Notes: generated from the sequence alone by a model not told the origin. DNA of 64,000 bases from Bacillota bacterium (GCA_022764365.1 JALERA010000045.1:12515-76514); one strand, 5' to 3'; shown: positions 1-10,431, counted from the first letter of the stretch. Made by a program: numbers and translations.

Positions 1-1010
1 GCGACGAGATCGAAAAGTACTGTGAGGCAAGAAATTTATCGCCGCGAATTGACCATACTAACAACGAGGCAATTTATGCACGAAACAAGATAAGACTTGA
101 ACTTTTGCCGATGCTCAGGGAAAAGTTCAATCCCAATATAATAGAAACGATTAACCGGCTCGGAAAAAACGCAGCCGCCGACAAGGACTATCTCGCGCAG
201 CAGGCGAGAGCTGCTTATGAAGCGGCTCTGGAAGACGCAGACGGCAGGAACTGCGCCGTTGAAGTAGGAACCGCAAAACTTGACGAGATGCACAGAGCGG
301 TACGAATGCGCGTTTACAATTACCTGCTTGCGGACGTTGGCATGGAAGAAAATCTTACGGAAGGACAGCTTGAGGCTATTGAAAAAGTGCGGATTTCGCA
401 AAGCCCATCGGCAATGTGCGATTTAGCAGACGGATTCCGGGTATATAAGATTTACGACCGAATTCGATTTTGCAGGGAAGCTGAAATCGAGGCAGGCAGA
501 CAGCTGAGGATGCGATTTATGAGCGCGGAGGAATATGCGAAAGAATCGAAGATTGCTCGTGCACCGGACGCAGACGGCTGCGAGAACGCGCGGGTTGTCG
601 GGATTTTCGCACTGCCGCCGGGCGCAGAGGATTCAGTGTGCATAAGGAAGCGCAGGGACGGCGATGTGATTGCGATTGCGTCCAAGAGCCAGTCCCAAGG
701 CGAGCCCCAAGGCTCAACCCAAGGCCGGTCTCAAGGCGAGTCCCAAGGCGAGCCCCAAGGCGCGGGCACGGCTCCGCCGCAGGTGCGCCACAAGAAGCTG
801 CAGGATTTTCTGGTGGATGCGAAGGTGCCGAAGAGCGTGCGCGACGATATCGATTTGCTGGCATACGGAAACCGGATTTTGTGGGTGCTCCCGTCGCCGC
901 ACTTTGCGAGCGGACAGTACCGCGAAAAGGGCAGGTTTTCTGCAGAATTCAGGCCGGACGACGCGCCGAATAATGTGCCGGAAACAATATTAATCCTTGA
1001 AATTTTATGA
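1..1010 (+). CDS. tilS: tRNA(Ile)-lysidine synthase, C-terminal part (5' end outside the window)
   Basis: The frame is open from base 3 (DEIEKYCEARNLSPRIDHTNNEAIYARNKIRLELLPMLREKFNP), a typical TilS central motif, and a TilS C-terminal domain follows. It lies directly upstream of ftsH. Confidence 0.85.
   Translation, partial: DEIEKYCEARNLSPRIDHTNNEAIYARNKIRLELLPMLREKFNPNIIETINRLGKNAAADKDYLAQQARAAYEAALEDADGRNCAVEVGTAKLDEMHRAVRMRVYNYLLADVGMEENLTEGQLEAIEKVRISQSPSAMCDLADGFRVYKIYDRIRFCREAEIEAGRQLRMRFMSAEEYAKESKIARAPDADGCENARVVGIFALPPGAEDSVCIRKRRDGDVIAIASKSQSQGEPQGSTQGRSQGESQGEPQGAGTAPPQVRHKKLQDFLVDAKVPKSVRDDIDLLAYGNRILWVLPSPHFASGQYREKGRFSAEFRPDDAPNNVPETILILEIL
684..767 (+). repeat. In-frame 12-bp tandem repeat (about 7 units, caaggcgagccc-like) inside tilS
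   Basis: The units caaggcgagccc / caaggctcaacc / caaggccggtct / caaggcgagtcc / caaggcgagccc / caaggcgcgggc encode (S)QGEPQGSTQGRSQGESQGEPQGAG. Confidence 0.9.
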
Positions 1011-1070
1011 AATTTGTGTTAAAATACAACGAAATATTTGTTGAAGAAAACAAAGCGAAAGGGGAAAGAA

Positions 1071-3134
1071 GTGAAAAAATTCTCGAAAAATATAAGTGTA
1101 TATATCCTGATTTTTGCGCTCGTGATTTCACTTGCATATTTTTGTAAGGGCTTTATGGGATCGGATCAGGTTTCCATGAAGGAAGTCTCCTTCTCACAGT
1201 TCACGGAACTTGTGAAAGGGGAGAAAATCAGTGAAATTTCGATTGAAGGCACCACGCTCAGAGGGCTTGTAAGCAAGTCATCGATGGTCTATGCGTATGC
1301 GCCGTCCGTAATCGAAATCAACTGGCTCGAAGAAACATACATTTTTGACCAGATGGAGAAAGGCACCATAAAGAGCGTTTCAAGCCCGAAGCCGGATACA
1401 AGCTCCTGGCTTTGGTCGTTGATACCGAACATCATTATGATTGGAGCACTCGTGTTCCTTTTCTACATCATGATGAACCAGGGCGGAAACGGCAAGGCAT
1501 TCCAGTTTGCAAAGTCCAGGGCCAAGATGGTCAAAGGCGGCGACAAGAAGGTTACCTTCAAAGATGTTGCCGGACTTGAAGAAGAAAAACAGGAACTTTC
1601 GGAGGTAGTTGACTTCCTGAAAGACCCAAGAAAATACAGAGAACTTGGAGCCAGAATCCCGAAAGGCATTCTGCTTGTAGGGCCTCCGGGAACAGGCAAA
1701 ACCTATATTTCCAAAGCCACAGCCGGCGAAGCGGGCGTACCGTTCTTTACAATCAGCGGTTCGGACTTCGTTGAAATGTTTGTTGGCGTGGGTGCATCCA
1801 GAGTAAGAGACCTTTTTGAACAGGCGAAGAAAAACGCTCCGTGCATCATTTTCATAGACGAAATTGATGCCGTAGGTCGTAAGAGAGGTGCAGGAATCGG
1901 CGGCGGACATGACGAAAGAGAACAGACGCTCAACCAGCTTCTCGTTGAAATGGATGGATTTGCGGAGAACTCCGGAATCATCATCCTTGCGGCTACCAAC
2001 CGGCCTGACATTCTCGACCCGGCACTCCTGAGACCGGGCAGATTCGACAGACAGGTTGTCATCGGAATCCCGGATGTAAAAGGCCGTGAAGAAATCATCA
2101 AAGTTCACGCAAAGAACAAACCGCTTGCTGACGACGTTACGCCGAAGATTTTGGCAAGAAGAACCATGGGCTCAACCCCTGCGGATCTTGAAAATATCCT
2201 GAACGAAGCTGCACTTATTACGGCACGCAGAAACGGCCGCTATATCCGAATGGAAGAAATCGAGGAGGCAATTCGCAAGGTGCAGATGGGACCTGCGAAG
2301 AAGTCCAAGGTCGTTTCCGACGAAGAAAAGAAACTTACGGCATACCACGAAGCAGGTCACGCAATCGTTGCAAGAACGCTTCCGAAGCACATGCCGATTC
2401 ACGAAGTTACGATTATTCCGAGAGGAAGAGCCGGCGGATACACCATGTACCTTCCGGAAGACGACAAGATGTTCGACACGAAAACATCGATGTACAACCA
2501 TATTGTTTCGTGTATGGGCGGACGCGTTGCGGAAAAACTCAAGCTCGACGATATCTCAATCGGTGCATCCGGCGACATCAAGCAGGCTACGGCAATTGCA
2601 CGCGAAATGATTACAAAATACGGTTTCAGCGATAAGCTTGGCGCGGTAAATTACGGTGGGGACGATGAAGTTTTCCTCGGCAACGATTTTACCGCTCACA
2701 AGAATTACTCAGAGCATACAGCACAGGAAATCGATGAAGAAATCAAGCGTCTCATCGATGAAGCATATGAAGAGGCTATGCGTATTCTCACGGAACACGA
2801 CAGCGTTCTGGAAAGCGTTGCAAAGGCACTTCTGCTTGTTGAAACAATCGACGGACAGCAGTTCGAAGACCTCTATACCGGCAGGATTACGGCTGAGGAT
2901 TTGAGAGAAAGCGTTGAAAAAGCCGACGAAGAAAAGAAGGCGCAGGACGAAAAAGAAGCAAAAGAGCGCGAAGAGTTGAGGCAGGAAGAAGAACGCAGAC
3001 TTATGGAAGAACTCAAGAAATACGACTCTGACTATTTAGGAGAGGACGAGGCACCGGAGGCGGATCAGCCGCATCCTCAGGAAGAGGAAGAAAAGCCTCA
3101 GGAAGAAGAGGACAAGGATGAAAGTAACAGTTAA
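1071..3134 (+). CDS. ftsH: ATP-dependent zinc metalloprotease FtsH
   Basis: It has an N-terminal TM pair, Walker A GPPGTGKT, Walker B IIFIDEID, the SRH motif and the zinc motif HEAGHA. GTG 1071 follows the RBS GGGGAAAG; the ORF track begins at TTG 1038. Confidence 0.95.
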   Translation: MKKFSKNISVYILIFALVISLAYFCKGFMGSDQVSMKEVSFSQFTELVKGEKISEISIEGTTLRGLVSKSSMVYAYAPSVIEINWLEETYIFDQMEKGTIKSVSSPKPDTSSWLWSLIPNIIMIGALVFLFYIMMNQGGNGKAFQFAKSRAKMVKGGDKKVTFKDVAGLEEEKQELSEVVDFLKDPRKYRELGARIPKGILLVGPPGTGKTYISKATAGEAGVPFFTISGSDFVEMFVGVGASRVRDLFEQAKKNAPCIIFIDEIDAVGRKRGAGIGGGHDEREQTLNQLLVEMDGFAENSGIIILAATNRPDILDPALLRPGRFDRQVVIGIPDVKGREEIIKVHAKNKPLADDVTPKILARRTMGSTPADLENILNEAALITARRNGRYIRMEEIEEAIRKVQMGPAKKSKVVSDEEKKLTAYHEAGHAIVARTLPKHMPIHEVTIIPRGRAGGYTMYLPEDDKMFDTKTSMYNHIVSCMGGRVAEKLKLDDISIGASGDIKQATAIAREMITKYGFSDKLGAVNYGGDDEVFLGNDFTAHKNYSEHTAQEIDEEIKRLIDEAYEEAMRILTEHDSVLESVAKALLLVETIDGQQFEDLYTGRITAEDLRESVEKADEEKKAQDEKEAKEREELRQEEERRLMEELKKYDSDYLGEDEAPEADQPHPQEEEEKPQEEEDKDESNS

Positions 3135-4695
3135 AGACTGCTTGCAGTTGGATTCTTTTAGAAAATGTATCGTAGTGGCCGGTGAAAAGCATATGGATAA
3201 CCGCATCAAAGCCGTGTCCGTACTGGATGCGGCAACTCCGGCGGAGGCACTTGCCTGCAACGGAAACAGCGGCACCATGATTCTCACGACTTTTGCGGGA
3301 ATGAAGAAAGATACCAAAGCACAGTGCGAAACAATCAAAGAACTTGCAAAAGCAGGTGTTCCGGCGATTGTGTTTTTCCAGCGAGAGAAAAGCGCGCGTC
3401 CGGTTGACAAAGAGGTAACCGCGGCTGCCGACACGGCGGGAATTCCGCTGCTTCTCATGGTAGACGGCGAGGGCATGGACTATTCCAAGATCATCGCCGA
3501 GGTCATGGAGCAGGTGCTGTACGGCAACAATTTCAAGAACAGTCTCATAAACAACACGATTTTCCATCTGCTGAACTTCGAGAAGCATTCGAGCTTCCAG
3601 CAGGCTTTGCACGAGGCTGCCGTGAACAACGACTTCCAGGCTGTTCTGCTCAGCGAGGAATTCAACCCGGTTTTCACGGTTGAAACGCGCCATCAGGCAA
3701 CCATAAACGAAGTAATCCGGCGCGGCAGAGAAGTTGCGCTGAATCTGGGGCACATCTACAGCCTCATCGAGATAAACGGCGTGCTCACTTACTGGGGGCT
3801 TCTTTATCTCAATAACGAAAAATATTATTTGTTCATCGTGGACAACGACGACAATTATTCGGCGGGCGAAATCACCAAGCTTGCCGAAATCATAGAGCTT
3901 GCAATGGGCATGTGGAAGTTCACGCCGGAGCGGGATGCGAAGGCGGAGCTTGTCAAGGCACTCATGAGAGGAAACAAGAGCCTTGCGTATTCCCTTCGCG
4001 AGGAGGCGGGAATCCGCGCATCGGATATTTTGTCCGTGGTCTATGCAAGAGGCATTGAAACCGGCATGGCGGACGAGATTATCGACGAATATATGGAAAA
4101 AGGTCTTCTGAACATCATCAAGATAACCGAGGACAATGAAAGCTACGCGGTTCTGCTGCGCGGCGAAAAACTCGGAGAAGATGAGGATATTTCAGAGATG
4201 GCGGTGTGCGTTTCCTTCTTTGACAGACTCAAGGAAAACAAGACGGTTCGTATTTTCCATGTAACCGGTGTTGACCGCATCGAAGGAGCCGGGGACGGCT
4301 TCCGGCTGATCGGCGAGACCTGGGCGTTTGTCGAAAATATTTTCCCGTATAAGAGAGTCTTCTCGAAATACGAACTTGCGCTTGTAAGCAACTGCATCAA
4401 CATCCAGGTTCAGGGCGGACACCTCAAGAAAAACTACATGGATCTTTTGGACCCGTTCCGCAAGGAAGGGGACAACAAGTCCAGACAGCTTCTCGAAACG
4501 CTTGAGACCTTTGCTTTGGATGCGGGCATGAACAGCGGCAAGACGGCGGAGTTTATGGGCATACATACGAACACCGTTCAGTACAGGCTCAAAAAAATCA
4601 ACGACCTTCTGGGTGCGGAAATCACGGGAAATCGTGTCATCCCGGGTCTTACGATTGCGCTTGCCCTGCAGAGAATGGAAAACGCAAAGAAATAG
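3118..4695 (+). CDS. PucR/CdaR-family transcriptional regulator
   Basis: The 525-aa product has a C-terminal PucR-type HTH (SGKTAEFMGIHTNTVQYRLKKINDLLG) and a PucR-like N-terminal domain. Confidence 0.8.
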   Translation: MKVTVKDCLQLDSFRKCIVVAGEKHMDNRIKAVSVLDAATPAEALACNGNSGTMILTTFAGMKKDTKAQCETIKELAKAGVPAIVFFQREKSARPVDKEVTAAADTAGIPLLLMVDGEGMDYSKIIAEVMEQVLYGNNFKNSLINNTIFHLLNFEKHSSFQQALHEAAVNNDFQAVLLSEEFNPVFTVETRHQATINEVIRRGREVALNLGHIYSLIEINGVLTYWGLLYLNNEKYYLFIVDNDDNYSAGEITKLAEIIELAMGMWKFTPERDAKAELVKALMRGNKSLAYSLREEAGIRASDILSVVYARGIETGMADEIIDEYMEKGLLNIIKITEDNESYAVLLRGEKLGEDEDISEMAVCVSFFDRLKENKTVRIFHVTGVDRIEGAGDGFRLIGETWAFVENIFPYKRVFSKYELALVSNCINIQVQGGHLKKNYMDLLDPFRKEGDNKSRQLLETLETFALDAGMNSGKTAEFMGIHTNTVQYRLKKINDLLGAEITGNRVIPGLTIALALQRMENAKK

Positions 4696-4732
4696 GAAAC
4701 AGGAAAATAAAGTAATATATTGGAAAAAATAT

Positions 4733-5707
4733 ATGAATGCAAAAGTTTTAAAAATAGGAAATGTTGAACTTGACAGTCCCTTCCTGCTTGCGCCCATGGC
4801 CGGAATTACCGATGGGCCGTTTCGCCGCATCTGCCGCGAAATGGGGGCAGGGCTTGTGTACTCCGAAATGGTGAGTGCAAAGGGGCTTTGGTTTAAAGAC
4901 AAAAATACAGGCAGGCTCCTCGAAATCTTAGATGGCGAGGAGCCTGTGGCGTACCAGCTTTTTGGGCATGAACCGGAAATCATGGCATTTGCGGCAGAGA
5001 CTCTGGCCGGCCGAGGCAATGTAATCTTTGACATTAATATGGGCTGCCCGGTGCCGAAGGTCGTAAAAAACGGGGAAGGCTCGGCCTTGATGAAGGATCC
5101 GCAGCTTGTTTTTGATCTCGTGGAAGCTGCGGTAAAAGGTGCCGGCAAGCCGGTGACGGTCAAAATCCGTGCAGGCTGGGACGAGGCTTCCGTCAATGCT
5201 GTGGAAATCGCACGCGCCGCCGCGGCGGGCGGAGCCGCCGCGGTCGCGGTCCACGCCCGGACGCGCGAACAGTTTTACAGCGGCCGGGCGGACCGCGCCG
5301 TCATCGCCGCCGTTAAGCATGCAGTATCAATCCCGGTCATCGGAAACGGCGACGTGACGGACGGCGCGTCCGGAATGAGCATGATGGATGAAACCGGATG
5401 CGATTTTGTCATGGTCGGACGCGGCGCACTCGGAAATCCGTGGATTTTCAGAGAACTGAATGCCGCATGGAAGGGTACTGAGCCGCCTGCTGCCCCGAGC
5501 ATGGAAGACAAGAAACAGATGATGATAAGGCATTTTCGCGACGTCCTTGCGCTGAAAGGCGAGTATGCGGCGGTTCGCGAGATGCGAAAGCATGTCGGCT
5601 GGTATCTGAAGGGCCTGCCGGGCTCGGCAGCTTTTCGCGGCATGGTAAATCAGATTACAAAGGCGCAGGAACTCGAAAGCGCCATAAGAAATCTTGGATG
5701 CAGATAG
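4733..5707 (+). CDS. dusB: tRNA-dihydrouridine synthase
   Basis: The product starts MNAKVLKIGNVELDSPFLLAPMAGITDGPFR and shows Dus FMN-binding motifs (NMGCPVPKV, VTVKIR, HARTR). ATG 4733 is preferred over the 4613 ORF start, which overlaps the pucR-family gene. Confidence 0.9.
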   Translation: MNAKVLKIGNVELDSPFLLAPMAGITDGPFRRICREMGAGLVYSEMVSAKGLWFKDKNTGRLLEILDGEEPVAYQLFGHEPEIMAFAAETLAGRGNVIFDINMGCPVPKVVKNGEGSALMKDPQLVFDLVEAAVKGAGKPVTVKIRAGWDEASVNAVEIARAAAAGGAAAVAVHARTREQFYSGRADRAVIAAVKHAVSIPVIGNGDVTDGASGMSMMDETGCDFVMVGRGALGNPWIFRELNAAWKGTEPPAAPSMEDKKQMMIRHFRDVLALKGEYAAVREMRKHVGWYLKGLPGSAAFRGMVNQITKAQELESAIRNLGCR

Positions 5708-5737
5708 CTTAAATAGCCAAGTTTCAAGGGAAAACAG

Positions 5738-6304
5738 ATGAAAGAGTTATTTGAGATTTTTATTGCTTCCGCCAAGGTGGGAGCCTTGACGTTCGGCGGC
5801 GGATATGCGATGCTGCCGATTTTACAGAGAGAGATAGTCGAAAACAAAGGGTGGAATTCCGAAGCGGAAATCCTGGATTATTATGCGCTGGCGCAGTGCC
5901 TTCCGGGGATTCTGATGGTGAACACCCTTGCTTTTGTCGGAAAAAACAGAAAAGGCAATATCGGAGCGGTCTTTGCTGCACTTGGCGCGGCCGCTCCTTC
6001 CTTTCTTATAATCACCATTATTGCGACGGTGCTCACGGCATTTGCAGATGTTCCCGCGGTCAAAAATGCTTTTGCGGGAATCAGGGTCTGCGTGTGCGTG
6101 CTGATTTTTAATGCCATAACCAAACTTTGGAAAAGCGCGATTGCGGACATTAAATGTCTTCTGTTGTTCCTGGCGGTTCTGACTGCGTCGCTCTTGCTGG
6201 ATGTGACTCCGATTCTGTTCGTTGTCGTTTCGGCGCTCCTTGGAATTGCAATTACAATGCTTTCGGCGCGCAAAACATCCGGTGCACATGCGGATGACGC
6301 GTAG
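5738..6304 (+). CDS. chrA: Chromate-transporter (CHR) family protein, short half 1
   Basis: The motif GALTFGGGYAMLPILQREIV is typical of the CHR family. The gene is paired with a second short CHR gene. Confidence 0.8.
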   Translation: MKELFEIFIASAKVGALTFGGGYAMLPILQREIVENKGWNSEAEILDYYALAQCLPGILMVNTLAFVGKNRKGNIGAVFAALGAAAPSFLIITIIATVLTAFADVPAVKNAFAGIRVCVCVLIFNAITKLWKSAIADIKCLLLFLAVLTASLLLDVTPILFVVVSALLGIAITMLSARKTSGAHADDA

Positions 6305-6321
6305 GAAGGGGGTGCATCGAA

Positions 6322-6906
6322 ATGATACAACTCCGGCTGTTCTATGAATTTCTCAAGATCGGACTCTTTGCGGTCGGCGGCGGCATGGCGGCACTTCCGT
6401 TCATACAGGACATGGCAGAGCGCACGGGCTGGTGCACGAGTGCACAGATTGCGGATATGCTTGCGGTTTCCGAATCCACGCCCGGGCCGATCGGAATCAA
6501 CATGGCAACCTATGTGGGCTTTGAAGTCGGCGGAATTACGGGTGCCCTGGCCGCAACGCTGGGTGTTGTGATTCCCGGGGTCATTCTCGTCATCCTTGTG
6601 ATGGCGATAATCGGCAAGTTCCGCGGAAACAAGCTCGTCGAAGGTGCCTTTTACGGACTGCGGCCTGCATCGACGGCGTTGATTGCCGCTGCTGGGGTTT
6701 TGGTGTGTGAGATTACGTTTTTAAACCTTGATTTGTATGCGGAGACAGAGAATATCGCAAACCTTTTGAACTTCAAAGCTTTTGTGCTTGCGGCTGTTTT
6801 GCTCGTCCTTACGCGCGCCGTAAAACCTACGAAAAATCTGCACCCTGTCATTTTTATTGCTTTTTCCGCGGTGGTGGGAATTGCGTTTTCTTTTGCGGGT
6901 GTGTAG
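6322..6906 (+). CDS. chrA: Chromate-transporter (CHR) family protein, short half 2
   Basis: The motif GLFAVGGGMAALPFIQDM is present, the product is polytopic, and the gene sits next to half 1. Confidence 0.8.
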   Translation: MIQLRLFYEFLKIGLFAVGGGMAALPFIQDMAERTGWCTSAQIADMLAVSESTPGPIGINMATYVGFEVGGITGALAATLGVVIPGVILVILVMAIIGKFRGNKLVEGAFYGLRPASTALIAAAGVLVCEITFLNLDLYAETENIANLLNFKAFVLAAVLLVLTRAVKPTKNLHPVIFIAFSAVVGIAFSFAGV

Positions 6907-6992
6907 TTGACACGGCATTGAATTGCCACTATAATAAACATATCTATACGAAATTTTAGCAATAAGAATTAACAATTTTGGAGGAAATCATT

Positions 6993-8354
6993 ATGCAACA
7001 GAAATCAACTGCAAAACTGGTTGTATGCATTGTGGGCACGGTGGTGTTTGCCTTGCTTGGAATCAGAAACTTTGTATCTTTGGTACAGGACCTCGGATAC
7101 ATTATTGAAGGGTATGGCGGAGTCTCGTTCCTTCTCAGAGATTTAGTCGGCGTGCTCGGATATTTGGTACTGGCAGCCGGAACTTTGGTGCTCGGTCTCG
7201 ACAAGGTGGACAAAAAGCTTGGAATCCTTGCTTTTGCCGGTGCGTGTGCCGCAGCACTTTCTCAGTTTATATCGCTCATCATGGGATTTTCATACGGAAA
7301 CTATCTTGTATGGAATGCCTATGTATATGAGGAAAATTTTAACTTCCTCTGCTTCCTGCCGAGCTTCTTCGAATTCCTTGCATATGCAGCTTTTGCGCTT
7401 GCTCTGGCATTCGGCCTTTTGAAAGCGTTTTCCGCAAAGAAATACCTGTTTAAGAACCTTTGGTTTGTACCGGCAGCAGTCCTTCTGTTTGCAAGAATTA
7501 TCTTTGTAATCTGCTATGCAATCTACGATTATGATTGGTACGGTGCATACGGGATGTCGTTTTTCGGCGTAGTCTGGACTGTATTTGAACTTGTGGGAAT
7601 GTGTGCAGGCGGAATTCTTGTGCTCAACCCGGAACTTCTTCCGGCATCCGCGCCGCAGGCATATGCACAGCAGGCATATGCACAGCCTGACGGAAGTTAT
7701 GCGGCACCGGGCGGATATGCACAGCCGGGTGCGCAGACTTACGGCACTCAGGCCGAGGCACAGGCACGTCAGTATTATGCACAGCCGCAGAAACCGGACG
7801 GCTATTGCGACATGCTTAAGCATGTATTGCTCTTGCTTTTCACTTTCGGTATCTGGCAGTTTATTTGGATTTACAGAACCACGGAGTTCTTAAACCGTAC
7901 ACCGAATGAACCTCCGAGAAGCGGAGTTTCTCAGCTTCTGCTTTGCATGTTCGTTCCGTTTTACATCATTTACTGGGTTTACGCAAGCTGTAAGAGAATC
8001 GACAAGCTGGCATATTACAACGGCATTCAGGGTGAAATTACGGTTATGTGCGTACTGTTTGAAATCTTTATAGCAATTCTTGCTCCGATTTTCATGCAGG
8101 ATAAACTCAACAATATTGTTACATTCAGGAATATTCCGCCGGCCGGCGTGGATCCTGCATATCAGCAGGCACAGCAGGCGGCATGGCAGCAGGCTCAGGC
8201 ACAAGCGCAGACCTATCAGGCTCAGCCGCAGCCGCAGGCTGCACCGCAGCAGCCACCTGTTTATCAGCAGACTGCAGAACCTGTAGTAACGCCTGTGCAG
8301 CAGACCGCAGAACCTGTAGTAACGCCGATTGAACCGGCAGAAGACGAAAATTAA
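6993..8354 (+). CDS. Polytopic membrane protein with a DUF4234-like module and Q/A/P-rich low-complexity segments
   Basis: ATG 6993 follows the RBS GGAGGA. There are several TM helices, and the motif LLLLFTFGIWQFIWIYRTTEFLN resembles DUF4234. Q/A/Y/P-rich linkers are also present. Confidence 0.6.
   Translation: MQQKSTAKLVVCIVGTVVFALLGIRNFVSLVQDLGYIIEGYGGVSFLLRDLVGVLGYLVLAAGTLVLGLDKVDKKLGILAFAGACAAALSQFISLIMGFSYGNYLVWNAYVYEENFNFLCFLPSFFEFLAYAAFALALAFGLLKAFSAKKYLFKNLWFVPAAVLLFARIIFVICYAIYDYDWYGAYGMSFFGVVWTVFELVGMCAGGILVLNPELLPASAPQAYAQQAYAQPDGSYAAPGGYAQPGAQTYGTQAEAQARQYYAQPQKPDGYCDMLKHVLLLLFTFGIWQFIWIYRTTEFLNRTPNEPPRSGVSQLLLCMFVPFYIIYWVYASCKRIDKLAYYNGIQGEITVMCVLFEIFIAILAPIFMQDKLNNIVTFRNIPPAGVDPAYQQAQQAAWQQAQAQAQTYQAQPQPQAAPQQPPVYQQTAEPVVTPVQQTAEPVVTPIEPAEDEN
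8265..8330 (+). repeat. 33-bp tandem duplication (in frame) at the 3' end of the membrane-protein gene
   Basis: cagcagactgcagaacctgtagtaacgcctgtg is followed by cagcagaccgcagaacctgtagtaacgccgatt, encoding QQTAEPVVTPV / QQTAEPVVTPI. Confidence 0.9.
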
Positions 8355-8422
8355 CAATAGATGCAAAATGCGGAGAGCCTCCCGGCTCTCCGTTTGATAG
8401 TTTACACAAGAGGGATTTTACA

Positions 8423-9205
8423 ATGAGAAGAAAAAACATGCTCAAAAAAGTATTTGCACTTACCGCAGCACTGACACTTCTGACGACACTTGCCGCATGC
8501 GGAAACAGCGATGACAACAAAAATGTCGAACCGGGCAGCACACAGGTGCAGGTGGACCAAATCACCTGTCATGCGAAATATAAGGAAGCGATGCAGAACA
8601 TGCTCGATAACCGCGTTTTTCCAAACGGTGAACAGCTTTATGTGAACGATGGGGATGAGGCCTCCGTATGGGGCGATAACCAATTTGCGATTACGGATAT
8701 CGACGGGGACGGCATGGACGAACTTCTGATTAATTTCAACAACGCACCGGTAGTCGGCGAGGTTTTTTATATCTTTAAGTATGACCAGGAAAAAGATGCG
8801 ATTACGGAAGAATTTTCGGAATTTCCGGCTGTGGACTTTTTCGATAACGGCTATGTGACGGTGGGAGCATCCCATAATCAGGGGCTGGCGGGAGATTTCT
8901 GGCCTTACGAAATCTACAAGTATGACGCAGACAAAGACGCATACGAAATGAAGTATTACATAGACGCATGGAGCAAGGAATTTTTCCCGGAAGACTTCGA
9001 CGGCAACCCGTATCCTGACGCTGTTGACACGAGCAAAACCGGACTTGTTTACTACATTTACGAGGATCTGACCAAGTCCGTGGATCCGGTCGATAAATCC
9101 GCTTACGATAAAATCGTCGCAGAGACATACGGTCCGGCAGCGGAAGTCACAGTGGATTATAAAGACATCACACAGGACAATATCGACGCAATAACTTCGG
9201 CCTGA
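8423..9205 (+). CDS. Putative lipoprotein of unknown function
   Basis: The signal peptide carries a lipobox (LLTTLAACGNSDD), and a DIDGDGMDELL calcium/FG-GAP-like motif is present. Confidence 0.7.
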   Translation: MRRKNMLKKVFALTAALTLLTTLAACGNSDDNKNVEPGSTQVQVDQITCHAKYKEAMQNMLDNRVFPNGEQLYVNDGDEASVWGDNQFAITDIDGDGMDELLINFNNAPVVGEVFYIFKYDQEKDAITEEFSEFPAVDFFDNGYVTVGASHNQGLAGDFWPYEIYKYDADKDAYEMKYYIDAWSKEFFPEDFDGNPYPDAVDTSKTGLVYYIYEDLTKSVDPVDKSAYDKIVAETYGPAAEVTVDYKDITQDNIDAITSA

Positions 9206-9261
9206 TACTGGTGGAGTAAGATTACAAATCATCCACGCACGGTCGCGTGGATGCACATAGA

Positions 9262-9296
9262 CAAAAATAGGAAGCCCACGCAGGCTTCCTATTTTG
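9262..9296. terminator. Bidirectional intrinsic terminator between convergent genes
   Basis: The hairpin ataggaagcc-cacgca-ggcttcctat is flanked by A-runs on one side and T-runs on the other. Confidence 0.6.
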
Positions 9297-9316
9297 ACAA
9301 ATTCAATTATTTAAAA

Positions 9317-10096
9317 TTACAACTTTTCGACCTCTTCAGTAGAAAGCCCGGTTATTTCTGCGATGTCAGCGGTCGGGATTTTTTTCGCCTTCATGCTTTT
9401 CGCAATTTCACGCTGCTTCTGTGCAGCGCCCTCATCGTATCCATAGTGCCAACGAATCTTCAATTCTTCTTCTATCGTCATAATCTGTGTCACCTCCGCA
9501 TCGTGGTTGACTTCCTCGACCTTTTCGTGGATGCGTTTGACGAAGTCGTCATTTTCATCGACCTCCTCACACTTCACATAGGTAAAGAAAGTTTCCAGTT
9601 CTTTCGGAATCTTGCCCTTCGGACAATTGATTGCTAAGATTATTGTATAGGTTTCATCGTTTAATTGCAACTGTAAATTTTTATCAGTCATTTGAAATTG
9701 ATAGACTGCTTCGCCCATTTCAAACGGGTCTTTCATGAAGATAAAAATGACATAGCTTGGCTTGAGGTCTTTGTAATCTCTGCCTTTCTTCAGGAAGTGC
9801 GTGTCCATGCTCGTGTGATAGTAACGGGAACGCTTTGGAAGCTCCGGCTCCTTTTCCACCTGCATTTCAATGTCATATACTTCTTTTTCGCCCTCGAACA
9901 AAACATTCAGCCGCACGGACTTCGAGAGAACCCCTGTAACAATGGTTTTCTCAGGTGTGATTTTAATGTCATTTGGGAAAGTGATGGATTTGACCTTCTT
10001 TCCCGGAAAGAGACGCTGGACGAATTCCGCACAAATCTCCTCGTCCTGCATGACGAGTGCAAACATCAGCTTGTTGCTGAACTTGTATCTAGCCAT
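9317..10096 (-). CDS. Rpn-family recombination-promoting nuclease / putative transposase (PD-(D/E)xK)
   Basis: The core YDIEMQVEKEPELPKRSRYYHTSMDTHFLKKGRDYKDLKPSYVIFI is typical of Rpn/YhgA-like proteins. ATG 10096 follows the RBS GAGAGGA. Confidence 0.75.
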   Translation of the reverse strand: MARYKFSNKLMFALVMQDEEICAEFVQRLFPGKKVKSITFPNDIKITPEKTIVTGVLSKSVRLNVLFEGEKEVYDIEMQVEKEPELPKRSRYYHTSMDTHFLKKGRDYKDLKPSYVIFIFMKDPFEMGEAVYQFQMTDKNLQLQLNDETYTIILAINCPKGKIPKELETFFTYVKCEEVDENDDFVKRIHEKVEEVNHDAEVTQIMTIEEELKIRWHYGYDEGAAQKQREIAKSMKAKKIPTADIAEITGLSTEEVEKL

Positions 10097-10431
10097 ATTT
10101 TTTCCTCTCATCTTCCGAGTCTGCGCGCATGCTCTGATTCATACAGATTCTGTAAGATAATAATAGCATAATATGGAAACAAATATAAGTCATATACTGG
10201 GAATTGCCCCGAGGAAAATTCCGACAAAATTCGACAAGCGAAGGCGGAAAGCAGATAAAGAGCAAAAAACAGAACGATGGATCCCTCCGACATTCTCATA
10301 AGTTTTAGATTTTTCGAAGAGATAAGAAGTGCTTGTGAAAAAGCAGAAGAAAGCGTAAAAAAAGAGGAAGTATGCCGTGCATAGGAGATCTGCAGTGCCG
10401 GCTTTGTGCAAGGAGGAAAAGACAAACGAGA

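Noticed and set aside
1038-1070. The upstream TTG start for ftsH, and similar long N-terminal extensions in the ORF track: 4613 for dus, 11912 for DUF1538, 33246 for cysK, 34215 for Rrf2, 47066 for AGCS, 48933 for MATE, 53247 for TRIC, 54192 for livJ2 and 58274 for livF2.
   Set aside because: In each case an internal ATG, GTG or TTG with a properly spaced Shine-Dalgarno gives an N-terminus matching the family. The extension overlaps the preceding gene or runs into noncoding DNA.
4192-5196. A 334-aa minus-strand ORF, and likewise 3013-3753(-).
   Set aside because: They are antisense to the well-supported pucR-family and dus genes.
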